This document shows, piece by piece, positions 17,919 to 29,000 of a stretch of DNA of 50,187 bases (position 1 is its first letter; each line of letters opens with the position of its first letter). The stretch is from a virus (Duplodnaviria > Caudoviricetes), in IMG/VR virus record IMGVR_UViG_3300037424_000162, positions 1 to 50,187 of that record. The stretch is one strand, 5' to 3'. The notes under the pieces were generated by a model. The model did not search any database. It was not told where the DNA came from and saw only the letters and a program-made list of their open reading frames with translations. A program made the position numbers and the translations under genes.

Positions 17919-19627
17919 TCATCTATACCTGTTTTGCACGGGTAAGCTCCGACGGTTGGAACTTCCACAAATGCGGAAAGCGTGCCGTTGTAGCCTTCCT
18001 CCACAAGGGCAGAGACAAGGCAACGCCATACTGCGGAATCCATGCCAGGAAGTATCGAGGAAAAGAAGGACATCAAGAAGTCCAGATCCCTACCGAGGTG
18101 AAATCATGATCCAAGAAACCCACACCCAAGGCCCATCCATGGAAGAGTCCGAAGCGCTCTACCGTCTCAAGCTTTCCCGGGTCAACATCCCCGTCACCAT
18201 CAAGACCGGCGACCAGGCTCAAGGCTTGCGGGAGCTTGTTCAAAGTCAAGAAGGGGCTAAAAAGTTTGTAGCATCTCTGGGGCTTTATCTGGATGGTGTC
18301 GAAGATGAGGATGAGGATGGGGACGACTACAAGCCATGGTCCGGCATCACGATCCGAGAGGAGAAGCACTTCAACGATAATCGGTTTTTCATTTACGAAA
18401 ACGGCGTCACCGTGGGTTCCATCGACGCTTCCGCCCCTCGTGTTGCCGAGCTTTTCCAGCTGGCCATCATGGAGCACGTTCGCCCGGCGACTGATGAGAC
18501 TTTTGCACAGGTGAAGGCTGATATGGGAGGTGGGAGATGAAATCCAGGGAATTGAGATACGGAAATGAGTACAAAGATGCTACTGAAAAGATGTCCTTCT
18601 TGAAAGAAAAGCTCCGAGATGGCGTAGAAGTTGCTATCTTCCGCGACAACGGATGGGGTGATGACCCCGAGTCTGGCGGGAGCAGCTATACCATTATCGT
18701 GGATGGCAACGGTCAGATTTCTATGGGGGACATTTCGCCCAAGTGCTTTGAGATGCTTTTGGAAAATGGCGTGATCGAGCACAATACGCTCCGAACATAC
18801 AAAGATCGTGGATACCACAAGTTTTTAGGCCCCAAGGAGGCCACAGAATGAACGAAGTGAAGACGAAGCAGACATACGAAGAATGGATAAATTCACGTGT
18901 CGGAATGGCCGTACCGGCGGATGAGTGTTGGAACGCCGCCCTAGCCAGCGTCATCATGCCCGAGACGATGAACATTGATGACATTCAGCGCTGGAGCCAT
19001 AGCGTTCCAGGGGCCGTACCGACACCCTATGGTGAATGGGTCAAATATGCGGACGTTGCCGGAAAGATCACCGTCCAGGAACCGGTGACCCGTGCTGGCG
19101 GATTGGGTTGGGAAGCTGTCGAGAAGATCATCGCGCCCCTCATGACAAAACAGCAGTACGATATGAACGACTTCGAGGGCGTCCGGCATTCCTCAGTGAT
19201 CGCCAAGCGCATGGCCGGACTGATCTCCACCACCGAAGCCATGGTGAGGGCGGAGATCGTGGAATTGATGGCGATGAATCAGGGTGTAATTAACGACCTC
19301 CACACCCAAATTGTCGCCAAACCGGAGATTGAGATTCCCGATCCGAAAGACTGGCCGGAAAACGCAACCGCCGTCGAAGTCCGGTTTGTCCGAGAGTGGA
19401 ACCATGCCACCCAGGAGCTTGGAATCATAGCAACGTTTTCCCGTCCCCAGCCGCAAAAGATGACCCCCGAGGAGATGGCGGAGGCGTGGAAAATATGGTG
19501 GTCTGCGAAGCCTGAAGCTCGTGTCTATCGTGGCAATGCAAAGGACGCGCTACTCGGAGAACTACTCAAAGGCCGCACCATCGCTGAACTGTACGCTGAA
19601 ACCATGCTCTCCGCCACGCAAAAATAG
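17915..19627 (+). other. Run of coupled small hypothetical CDSs (17915-18109, 18106-18540, 18537-18851, 18848-19627)
   Basis: ATGA stop/start overlaps and RBSs. Confidence 0.7.
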
Positions 19628-19640
19628 TTTACGAATAATG

Positions 19641-19669
19641 TTGACAGCTTAGTTGATTCGTGGTAAACT
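19641..19669 (+). promoter_or_regulatory. Sigma70-type promoter
   Basis: TTGACA-17bp-TAAACT. Confidence 0.7.
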
Positions 19670-19703
19670 ATATTTAGTGGTGAGAGCCACTAAGGAGTAC
19701 AAG

Positions 19704-20142
19704 ATGGAAATCAACGGAATCAGCGTGACAATCGAGACCAGGACGATAAACGGAGGAAGTGATGTGGCCTCCCAGGTTGTTTTGACCAAGGATGGAAAGG
19801 TCCTCAAGTCATTTGATTCACACGAGATTAACCTTTTTATTGGTCCCAATAATCGGGAAGCTGTTAAGGCCTTGGCCTTGGCCGCAAAAAATAGTCACGG
19901 GTTTTCCGCTGAAGACATTGCTCTTGCTAAACAGCATGCCGAAGTTGACGCCGTTTGTGCCCATCAGGATACCATGGCCAAGGGAATGGGGTACTAAGAT
20001 GACCAAGTTTGTTGAGGCCAAGACCAGGAAAGAAGCGATCAAAAACTTCACCGGTTCCTGGACGGTCTGCAAAAAGGTCAGAGGAGGATGGATGTTTTTC
20101 GAGACCTGGACCGATTACGAGGTTTGGAAAGGTCAGAAGTAA
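19704..20142 (+). other. Two small hypothetical CDSs (19704-19997, 19999-20142)
   Basis: RBS AAGGAG; tight packing. Confidence 0.65.
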
Positions 20143-20183
20143 CAACAAGTCCCTCTTCGGGGGGACGTTCCCTTGGAGGAACC

Positions 20184-20375
20184 ATGAGCGAAGTATCGAA
20201 AAAGCGAGGCCGCCCGGCAACGGGCACCTCTGCAAAAGCAAAGCGCCTCCTGTCCGTCAAGATCGACCCGGAGGACCACGAAAGCCTTCCGCGCAACGCA
20301 AACGGCAAGATTGACCCGTCTTGGGTACGGGCAGCGGTGAAAGAAAAGCTGGCGCGAGACGCCGAGAGGAGTTAG
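20184..20375 (+). CDS. Small DNA-binding protein (RGRP AT-hook-like motif plus RHH-like segment)
   Basis: KKRGRPATG...LSVKIDPE...SWVRAAVKEKL. Confidence 0.6.
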   Translation: MSEVSKKRGRPATGTSAKAKRLLSVKIDPEDHESLPRNANGKIDPSWVRAAVKEKLARDAERS

Positions 20376-20377
20376 TG

Positions 20378-21988
20378 ATGGGCCAACGCAAAAATCCAGC
20401 AGATCCGCCCGAACTGGCGCTAGACATCCGAAAGGCCGTAGTTTTGCTTGAGGAGGCCTCAGGTATGGTGTACCCAGGGCTTGGCACTCATGCTAGGATC
20501 GCGGAGGCACTTGAACTTCTAACTGGGAAGAAATACCGGATCAAGAACGTATTGCTCAATGGACAATTGGAGGAAGTGAAATGACCAACCGACAGACCGA
20601 CCGGGAAGCGATGACGGTAGGGATGAATGAGTGGTTCCAGCACCATTTTCCGGGTAGTGGGGCTATCAACTCGACTCTAGAGGACTTGAGGGACCGCCTC
20701 CTCTCCATGGGCTTCCACCGAGCCGGGAGTGGGGTGAGCCGGGAAGAGATTCTTTCCGCTGTGTCTCACCATTTGGGATTTACTGGTATCGAGAATATGT
20801 TTTGGGAAGGGAGTTTCAACGTCGATCTTCTGGTTAATAGAGTCTTTAAACTCGTTTCGGATCGATCTCTCCCCACCCCATCGCACGGGGTAGACCTGAC
20901 AGTGCTAGATGTTCGCACGCTAGAGGACTGGGACTGTGATTGGACGGAGCCGATGGTCAAGCTTTCCGATGTCGTCGCACTGATCGAAGGTCACAAATGA
21001 CATTATTCCAGCGCGACCAGCAAGCCTACGACCGCCAACTCCCACTGGACGACAAGCCCCGGGAACTGCCTACTCTGGGCGCCTGTCCCTACTGCCGGAC
21101 CAATCTCACGGTGGACGCTACCGGCAAGTGGTGTGTCAGGTGCCACTCTCGCGGGGACTTGGGGACCTATCCCATTGAGGAGCTGTACGACTGCACTTTG
21201 GACGAGGAAGCTAACCGGAAACGGTATCAGGAAGGAGAAAAGAGATGAATGGGAAACTGGTCGAGGCTCAAAAGGCCTACATCAAACTGTTAGAAGAAGC
21301 TTGCGGAAACGGGGCAATCTTTATGCACCTTCACGGGGTTAGAGCCCCTCAGTCCGACATCGACGAAGGGGTCCGACTCCGTGCGCTCATCGCTGAAGCC
21401 GAGAAATCTGCCGTTCAAGCCCCAGCGTGGCATACAAAGGAACAGCTCGGTCAAGACCTTCGCCTAGCCTTTATCTACGGAGCTAAGTGGTGGGAGTATC
21501 ATTCTACAAAGGGCACGATGTGGCAATCAGATCAGCACCTAGTTGCGGAGGCGGCAGAACGGCGATACCACGGATACCAGAAGCAGTTGGATGGTGAGGC
21601 GTGCAAAGAGTGCGGGGGTCACCAGGACATCGGGGTTTGTTGCATCTGCGGCGGTACAGGTAAAGCCATCCCACCCCCAACCACCCCTGAACCACCTGTC
21701 AAGGATTCCTTGACAACTCAGGACCGGGAGAGGGTGATGGGGCGACTGATCAACGAGGAACTGATACACAACATCATGGAGCACCTCAAGAATCCCCAAA
21801 GCATTCTCGGAGGATTCCTTTTAGCCAAGGCTATTGGCGGCTCTCCTACTATTTCCTTCCCAAGTATTTCTGTTGATCAAGCCGCCGATATCCTCGATGA
21901 ATTTACTCGATGGGGGACTAACAACCCCGCGAGTCTGCAAAAAATGATAAATGACCTCCTTATAGATCTCTATGAGGCCAAGCCGTGA
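20378..21988 (+). other. Small hypothetical CDSs (20378-20584, 20581-21000, 20997-21248, 21245-21988), two with Cys-pair Zn ribbons
   Basis: Overlapping start/stop codons; CPYC..CVRC and CKECGG..CCICGGTG motifs. Confidence 0.65.
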
Positions 21989-22266
21989 ATGATTTCAACG
22001 GCCCTCTTACGAAATACATGAGTGAAGTTTCTCCGTGCCCATGTTGCGGAGGTGTTGCCGTTGTCGAAGTAGGACGACAGTACAAGGTGCTTTTGCAGGA
22101 TTGGCATGATCCAGATGAGGCTTTGTATCTTCCTGCGACTGTTAGGTGTACCAGTTGTGGACTTCGAGTCACCAGGTCAGGAAATAAGGCCGAACATAAG
22201 GGTGCAAATGGGGCGGCTAGGTCTGCCAAAGAAGAGGCTAAAAAAGCATGGAACCTACGATCATGA
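21985..22266 (+). CDS. Lar-family restriction alleviation-like protein
   Basis: PCPCCGG...VRCTSCG...AKKAWN.R pattern. Confidence 0.7.
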   Translation: MNDFNGPLTKYMSEVSPCPCCGGVAVVEVGRQYKVLLQDWHDPDEALYLPATVRCTSCGLRVTRSGNKAEHKGANGAARSAKEEAKKAWNLRS

Positions 22267-22548
22267 CCACCCTCCAACGCCTCTGCCTATACGCACTATC
22301 CGCCGTAGCCATCCTGCTGCTCGTAGCCCTCAAAAATCCCGAGGTTGACACGATCCATCCCCGATACATCGTCGAGCGAGGCTATGAGTATCTGGACACT
22401 AGGGCAGTCCCCTACCGTGGCACATGGCGTTTGAAGACCGAGTGGACCACGATTCCGAGACGACGCCAACCGGTACGCCACCTACGAGCGGGCACTGGAC
22501 GACGCGAGGGAATGGGGCGGGGCGCCAGTGACTGTGGGGAGGGAGTGA
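22263..22548 (+). pseudogene. Small membrane-anchored ORF with apparent 1-nt frameshift near 22450
   Basis: The shifted frame gives RDDANRYATYERALDDAREWGGAPVTVGRE*, ending in a TGATG overlap with the next ORF (22548-22679). Confidence 0.5.
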
Positions 22549-22675
22549 TGAGCATAAAGAAAGGGAATAGGCGACGGTGCAAACGGATTTACTGGTGCGA
22601 AGGTTATATTAATGCCGGTCATTGCTATGACTGGAAAGCCATTAAGGCCTCATCCAGATTGGTAAGGAGTTGGGA

Positions 22676-24267
22676 ATGACCGAATCAGAGAAGATCCTGC
22701 GCGAGGGGATTGATGCCATTGCCGATCAGGATATGTTCGAGGAGTACGAACTTCGTCAAGTCGCCCGCGAGGCCCGCGCCAAAGCTGACGCGCTGACAAA
22801 GGGAAAGTGTCCCCATTGCGGAGGTACTGGCGTTGACACGGATCAGATTGATCAGTGCCCCACGTGCAAGGGGGCACGGTTTGTGGACAAGTCTGATGCC
22901 GTGAAAACCGACTACCTACGAATAGTAGAGCAAGCATTCATCGATTGCGGAGCACCACATGACTATCCGCTCATCATGGAGATTGCCAAGCGACTAACCA
23001 AGGCCCAAGGAGGGCCAAAAATATGCTAGACCTTCTTCTCATTTGCTTCTTCTCCGGGGCATTCTTAGCCCTGTGCGCATCCGTTGCCGTGATGGCTTTG
23101 ATGGGGATGGGGAAACGTGTCAAGTAATTCTTGACAACATTGAAGTTACGATAGACAATAACTTCAAGGAGATACCGATGAAGACAAAACAAACCGGTGA
23201 CCGCGCAACGCAGATTCAAGAGGATCAAATGCTTGTTCATGCCCACCTTCGGGGTATTCGTCGCCGTGCCGCGATGGCTCAGGTTGCTTTTGACATGGGG
23301 ATGGAGATCCTTGAGGCCAAGCTCCCTGAGAACTGGGAGGCAGTTGCTAAGGAACTGAAGGAATCGGGAGGGTGGACGTAATGGACCAAAGCACCGCCAT
23401 CGACTACATGGAAGACGAGATCCTTGCATGGGGCTCTGTGCAGGGGTTGGCCAAGCACCTCTATGACAAGGGCTACCGACTCGACCCATACCCCAACGGA
23501 AAAAGCAAGGATGAGCTTCTGGCGATCATTGACGCGAAGGAAGAGAAGTTGGCGAGGGCTAGGAACTTGCTTCGTGACCTTTCTGCAAACCTCGGCGATC
23601 TTGGATACTACTTGCAGGACCATAAGGCTATCAATCTCAAGAAGATCGCCGACAATGTGGCCAATGCTATGGCCTTCCTCGCCGAAACCATCACGGTGAA
23701 GTCGTGAGTCTCGACGTTTACTTGATGGTGACGAAACCTACAGAGGTGTATGAGGCTAACATTACTCACAATCTTGCAAGGATGGCCGAGGAGGCCGTTT
23801 TGTATATGCCACTGTGGAGACCTGAGGAAATGGGATTTGTAAAAGCTGGCCAACTCATTACCATGCTCGAAAAAGGGTTAGAAAGGCTCAAGGCTAGACC
23901 TGAGCACTTCAAGACTTTCGACTCGCCGAACGGATGGGGAAGATACGTTCATTTTGTCCCGTGGGTTGAAAAGTACCTTGAAGCCTGTAAAGAAAATCCT
24001 GACGCTGACGTTATGGTATCGCGTTAATCCGACCCCCGGCGGTTTCCGGGGGAAAGGGAGAGTATGGACGAGTTTCTTGAAGAGTTATACCAGTTGCTTG
24101 AAAAGCACAATGCCGCAATTGTCAGGAGTGCAAACCAGACAAACAGTCTTGTGCTTTCCGTTGGAAAGATTCCTGCCGGTAGTTCCGTCATGAAGTTCAG
24201 TGAACTTGAGTTCGATGAGGACATCGTGAAAGAGTCCATCAAGCACAAGTGGTATAGGGAAATCTAA
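22676..24267 (+). other. Small hypothetical CDSs (22676-23029 DnaJ-type Zn finger, 23178-23381, 23381-23707, 23704-24027, 24064-24267)
   Basis: CPHCGGTG..CPTCKG motif; MSLDVYL..NITHNL..MA motif of a common phage family; promoter-like TTGACA at 23131. Confidence 0.65.
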
Positions 24268-24501
24268 TCTCCGGGAGGGGCGTCCGGTGCGACGAGATGG
24301 ACACCGTAGTACAAAAAGGCCACAACCAATAGCCGCTAGGCCAGCGGATCGAAAGACGCGAACGCCTCTTAATAATGCGCAACAATCGCCGGGATCGTTA
24401 GCCCGATACGGATGGGAGTAGGTAGTGTTTGCCCATGGCAGACCGGATAGACGGTCACTTTTGCCCCGCTCCTTTCGTTGACTGGAACGGGGTTTTATTT
24501 T
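24268..24501 (+). ncRNA. Candidate structured non-coding RNA ending in an intrinsic terminator
   Basis: At least 6 hairpins in a gap lacking a convincing ORF; terminal CCCCGCTCC/GGAACGGGG stem followed by TTTTATTTT. Confidence 0.45.
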
Positions 24502-24566
24502 GGCTACCTCCACCGGTGGCCGTGTTCGTTAGTCTAACTCCACCCACTCATTCCAAAGCCTGACGC

Positions 24567-25442
24567 TCATTTCTCTCTCCTCACCGTAGTATAAAGCGTC
24601 TCCTGGAGTACCCAAAAGATACAACCAAACATCACCAACGCGATGAGCATAGCAATCTCGGGCCCGAGTACAACCCAGTGACCAATAAGTGCCCGTGGTA
24701 TTGCAAGGAATATGTCATATGCCTTGATTGTAGGGGCCTCCTGCGGCTTCGATGCTACCAGGGTGCGGTATTCACTAGCCTTTACCGAAGCGGCGTCAAA
24801 TACGGCTTGCTGGCCCTCTATCTGCCCCTTGTATCCCTCACCTTTCTCAAGTTGCTTCGCCTTCAATTCCTCAAGGTAGCTTGAGGCGTTTAGCTCTGCC
24901 GTCTCTAGTACCTCAAGCTGTCGGTCTGCCGCCGTTCGGTTGGTTTGGTAGTCAATTCCAACCAGGACGAAAGAGGTGTCTAGGAACCCCGCTAGGATGG
25001 CACACATGAGCCATAGGCGCATTCTCCCCCGGATCAAAGCCCTGAGCCCAAAAAGTACGATGATGAACGCGATGGCGACGAAAGCGACTTTCTCTAGAGC
25101 GGAAGGCCCCATGATGAAAAGGCAGATGCCAGAGAGAACGAGGTCGATAATCACAGCGGTCAATACCGTCCCGCTATCCACCATCCAGTCGGCGACATCT
25201 GCCGCAACCTCATGCCATTTCTTCTTGGACTTCTCCTCAACCATTTTCCCGGCGTCGGCAATATGGTCCCCTCGCACCCTCTCCCCATACTTCTCCCGAA
25301 AAGCGTTAAGCACGGCCTTGGCTTCGTCCTCGGTCATACCGTGGGACTTTGCCAGGGAATCGAAGCGTGTCAGGCGTCGGCCTTGGGCGCGGAGTTCGGA
25401 GAGGTGTTTCTCGATATCGGCGGGAAGTTTACTTTCGGCCAT
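24567..25442 (-). CDS. Multi-pass membrane protein with coiled coil
   Basis: About 4 TM segments; last gene of the leftward recombination operon. Confidence 0.7.
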   Translation of the reverse strand: MAESKLPADIEKHLSELRAQGRRLTRFDSLAKSHGMTEDEAKAVLNAFREKYGERVRGDHIADAGKMVEEKSKKKWHEVAADVADWMVDSGTVLTAVIIDLVLSGICLFIMGPSALEKVAFVAIAFIIVLFGLRALIRGRMRLWLMCAILAGFLDTSFVLVGIDYQTNRTAADRQLEVLETAELNASSYLEELKAKQLEKGEGYKGQIEGQQAVFDAASVKASEYRTLVASKPQEAPTIKAYDIFLAIPRALIGHWVVLGPEIAMLIALVMFGCIFWVLQETLYTTVRREK

Positions 25443-25761
25443 TGAGGGCTCCTCTTACATCTTCAACGGAATAAACGACGTGGTACTCAAAGTCACGTTC
25501 CTCAAGTTTTGACTGGAACAATTTCTGTTCTTTCTTTTGAGTTCCCTTGATTGGGTCCTTTACTTCCAGGTAGACCCCAATTCCACCGTGAAGACAGACC
25601 ACCAAGTCCGCCGTGCCCTTCCTCATGCCCAGGGAAATTAGGTGCGTGATTCGTGACACGTTCCCTCCAGCCCCCTCGTTCGGGACCGAGTAGAACCAAT
25701 AGCCTTCACCTTGCAACCATTTCACGATTTGATACTGGATTTTGTCTTCTGGTCGGTTCAT
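25429..25761 (-). CDS. VRR-NUC domain nuclease (resolvase-like)
   Basis: E..IQ..IV.WL, VPNEG, G...G.ADL, YLEVK and Q..EQK.F motifs. Confidence 0.9.
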   Translation of the reverse strand: MNRPEDKIQYQIVKWLQGEGYWFYSVPNEGAGGNVSRITHLISLGMRKGTADLVVCLHGGIGVYLEVKDPIKGTQKKEQKLFQSKLEERDFEYHVVYSVEDVRGALNGRK

Positions 25762-25774
25762 AATTTAGCCCCCA

Positions 25775-27415
25775 TTAAAAAGGCGCATCCTCCTCCACTT
25801 TTTCATTCGCCCACTCCTGCCCTACAATGCGCGGATACTTTCCTTCCATCTTGAAAAGCACCTTTGTCGGCGGGTAGGCCCGTTCCATTCGTTCGGTTGC
25901 ATCGTCGCCTTGAAGTTCGTCCCAAGGTACGTTGCAACCTTTCGAAAGCTCCCGTAGTCTTGCCGAGGCCTTTTGTGCCGCAAAACCGTCATGCCATAGG
26001 CAAAGATACTCTTTCAAAACTTCTGTCACCCTGCCGTAATAACTGACGACAATCATAGGGAGTTCGCTTTTCTTGGACTTTGCAACCGTCCAGGTCCACG
26101 ATGTTACGACCATTTCTGATGGTTCGCGCCCCATGATATCGTCGTTTCTTAGCACTAGCTGTTCTTTTTGTGGCGGGGGGAAGTTGAACCCGCACCCGGG
26201 GCAAATCCTTGTCGCTGTGGCCACAATCTCCCCGCACTCGGGGCAGGATTTTGACGGTGGGATACCGTCAATCTCACCGTATTTTGTGGGGATCTTGAGG
26301 GCGGTAATCGGCCCGTGCCTTGCGATGACTCCGGCAAAGTCGAGAATGAGGCAATGGTCGGTATGAGCCTTTACCCGGAACCCGCGGCCCACCATTTGCA
26401 GGAAAAGGCCAGGGCTCTCGGTTGGCCGAAGTAGCGCTATTAGGTCGGTGTTCGGTGCGTCGAAACCAGTTGTAAGAGCCTGAACGCTTACTAGCGCCGT
26501 GATTCGACAGACTTTGTAGTCTGCGAGAATCCTTGCCCGCTCACCGTTCGGCGTTTCCCCGGTGACGGTCTCGGCACTAATTCCGCGAACTCTCAAGGCG
26601 TCCCTGACGTGTTCGGCGTGTTTGACGCCGGCGCAAAAGAAAAGCCATGACCGGCGAGTTCCGGCCCGCGCAATGACTTCCTCTACAATCGCGACGTTAT
26701 GAGGTTCCGTGTCTACGTGCGCCTGGAGTTCCGACTCAATAAAGTCGCCGCCTCGCTTATGGACCCCGTTAGTGTCGAGTTGAGCTGATGTCACCTTAGA
26801 TCGAAGCTGGGTTAGAAACCCGGCGTTCTGCAATTCCTCGATTGTCACCGGCTCTAGCAGTGCGTCAAAAATAGCCGGGGCTTCTGTGATAAGTCCGTGT
26901 CCGAGGCGATACGGAGAAGCCGTTAGCCCGATGATCCGAATCGAAGGATTGATTTCCCCAAGGGCCTTGAGGAGTTCCCTATAACCGCCCTCGTCTTTGT
27001 GAGAAATCGTGTGAGCCTCGTCAACGATGACTAGGTCAATATGGCCTAGCATTGAAGCCTTACCACGTAGCGACTGAATACCGCCAAAGGTGATAGCGTC
27101 AATTTCCTTTCGGCCAAGTCCTGATGAGAAGATTCCCAGGGGCGCATTAGGCCATACCAGTCTCACCTTCTCGGCGTTCTGGGCGATAAGTTCCTGCACG
27201 TGCGTTAGCATGAGAATCTTGGTTCCGGGCCAACTCTGGATAGCTTCCTTGCAAAGCATGGCGATAATGATCGATTTGCCAGCGCCAGTCGGAAGGACGA
27301 GGCATGGGTGGCCCTGGTTATTCCTTAACCAATCCCAGGTCATTTCCACGGCCTTGGATTGGTATGGGCGCGGGCTAAGCGTCGAGGTGAACGCTAGACT
27401 TGTTTCAACGGCCAT
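25775..27415 (-). CDS. SF2 DEAD/DEAH-box helicase with C-terminal Zn ribbon
   Basis: PTGAGKS, DEAH, GLTASP, TTGFDAP, QMVGRG and CPEC..CPGC motifs. Confidence 0.95.
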   Translation of the reverse strand: MAVETSLAFTSTLSPRPYQSKAVEMTWDWLRNNQGHPCLVLPTGAGKSIIIAMLCKEAIQSWPGTKILMLTHVQELIAQNAEKVRLVWPNAPLGIFSSGLGRKEIDAITFGGIQSLRGKASMLGHIDLVIVDEAHTISHKDEGGYRELLKALGEINPSIRIIGLTASPYRLGHGLITEAPAIFDALLEPVTIEELQNAGFLTQLRSKVTSAQLDTNGVHKRGGDFIESELQAHVDTEPHNVAIVEEVIARAGTRRSWLFFCAGVKHAEHVRDALRVRGISAETVTGETPNGERARILADYKVCRITALVSVQALTTGFDAPNTDLIALLRPTESPGLFLQMVGRGFRVKAHTDHCLILDFAGVIARHGPITALKIPTKYGEIDGIPPSKSCPECGEIVATATRICPGCGFNFPPPQKEQLVLRNDDIMGREPSEMVVTSWTWTVAKSKKSELPMIVVSYYGRVTEVLKEYLCLWHDGFAAQKASARLRELSKGCNVPWDELQGDDATERMERAYPPTKVLFKMEGKYPRIVGQEWANEKVEEDAPF

Positions 27416-28443
27416 TCAATGACTTCCTCTACAGACTGTTCGCCTTTTACTTTCACAATATCACTAGGCCCTACCAACTCCCTGGAATCAACCCCATCCT
27501 CGCCGTTGACGATAACCACGCCGTCCTTTTCGTACCTTGCCGAGTTCCCAACACCGTCGAGCATCTTCCACGGCACTAGGTCAGGGTGCAAGACATGCGA
27601 CCGACAGCCGACGCGCTGGAAATCGACGGGGATGTTTTTACCATGGAGCACACAGGACCAAGTTCCATCAGCTTCAGCCGTACTATGCGAGCAAGTTCGG
27701 CAGTTTATTTCCTTGGTGGTTTTCGACACGTGGCAGAAGTTGTGCATAGGACACATTTTACATTCATACCACGACGAATCGGTACTAATTGGCGGCGGCA
27801 ATCGGTCGGCGGTTGCAATCCGCTTGCCACGTTCAATGATCGCCTCGGCCTTTGGTTTGTCGAGCCTGATGCGTTCGGTGTAGATGTCGTCGGTGTTTTT
27901 GTTGACGGCGGTGTAAAGTAATCGGTCAATCTTTCCGAAACCGTTCTCTTCGATGAACTTAGGATCGAAAGTTCCTAGCATGTATCCTTGGGCCTGGGCA
28001 TAGTGTTCCGGTTTGGATTTCTCGACGCCATCCTTTTCCACCGACCGGAAAGACTTCTCGCCGTGTGATTTATTTTCCCAGATATGAACTTTCTCGGGAG
28101 CCTCTGGCACGCCGGATACGATAACCCCGTCCATCGAGCCGGAGACGTGAGAGCCAAAATCTACACGCTTTTGATCCCATCCTGTGAAACGAAGGTCAAG
28201 ACCAGCGTTCCGCAAGTCTTGGGCCATGGTAGGTTCCTCGTTGTGTCCCCTGCGAAAAAGCCGGAGAATCCTGCCAGGGAACTTTTGTATGACTGCCCAT
28301 CGAAATCCAAGCCACAAGCGCCGGTCACACGTGTAACCGAGGGTAGAAATACCCATGTGGGGACGGGGCGGTTCCGCCTGGGATTCGTGATAGGCGTCAA
28401 TTTTAGCGACAAGCGGGTTTAGAAGATTGTCTGGAAGTTTCAT
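27394..28443 (-). CDS. Cas4-like/PD-(D/E)xK exonuclease
   Basis: GSMDG, WENKS, HYAQAQ.YM and C..C..H..C motifs. Confidence 0.85.
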   Translation of the reverse strand: MKLPDNLLNPLVAKIDAYHESQAEPPRPHMGISTLGYTCDRRLWLGFRWAVIQKFPGRILRLFRRGHNEEPTMAQDLRNAGLDLRFTGWDQKRVDFGSHVSGSMDGVIVSGVPEAPEKVHIWENKSHGEKSFRSVEKDGVEKSKPEHYAQAQGYMLGTFDPKFIEENGFGKIDRLLYTAVNKNTDDIYTERIRLDKPKAEAIIERGKRIATADRLPPPISTDSSWYECKMCPMHNFCHVSKTTKEINCRTCSHSTAEADGTWSCVLHGKNIPVDFQRVGCRSHVLHPDLVPWKMLDGVGNSARYEKDGVVIVNGEDGVDSRELVGPSDIVKVKGEQSVEEVIEWPLKQV

Positions 28444-28517
28444 CTATGCTCCTAAGGAAACGAAAATGGACCAAGGCTCACCACCTGGTTTACGTCCAGG
28501 AACGCCCTCCCAAGGGA

Positions 28518-29000
28518 TTACGTGGACGGTTTAGCCCAAGGCGGCGCAGGAATACCGCTGGCAACGGGCGCAACGCCCTGCGAACGAGGCAACGGCGGGG
28601 CGCTTCCTTCGATGGCCTTGAACCCTCGAACTTCGTTGCGCTGGTCGAAACCTTCCTGCTTTTTGCTCAAGGCAACTTTGATTTGTAGGACGCCACCGAT
28701 GAGTTGGTCCGTGTCCTGAATCTTTGCAATCCCGATAGACCCCATGACCTCGCCGAGTTGCTGGAGCCCAATTCGCTCAGCCTCGGGATTCTTATTCTTG
28801 ATGTTCAAGTTCCCGAAGATCACCCGCCCGGCGTGAGTCGGACCCGTAATCGAGTACTGGACCGCGATGTATTGGCCGTCGTTCGCTTTAGTGGGCTTCA
28901 ACTCCGCCCCCTTGATTTGCGCGTTGTACCACCCGTCCGGCACCGGGTCGTAGCCCTGGGATTCGGGGAGATCGTCACGAGAAATATTCAAACTAGCCAT
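28518..29000 (-). CDS. DUF669 family ssDNA-binding protein
   Basis: YDPVPDGWY.A.I..AE.K, GRVIF..LN and C-terminal PPW motifs. Confidence 0.85.
   Translation of the reverse strand: MASLNISRDDLPESQGYDPVPDGWYNAQIKGAELKPTKANDGQYIAVQYSITGPTHAGRVIFGNLNIKNKNPEAERIGLQQLGEVMGSIGIAKIQDTDQLIGGVLQIKVALSKKQEGFDQRNEVRGFKAIEGSAPPLPRSQGVAPVASGIPAPPWAKPST

Noticed and set aside
24375-24425. Second twister ribozyme (TAAT...CGGG..AGCCCG..ATGGGAGTA)
   Set aside because: The loop lacks the U-NNN-AAGC pattern, and the P2 and pseudoknot partners do not pair
27394-28443. CRISPR-Cas system suggested by the Cas4-like nuclease
   Set aside because: No repeat-spacer array or other cas genes; the context is a standard phage recombination module
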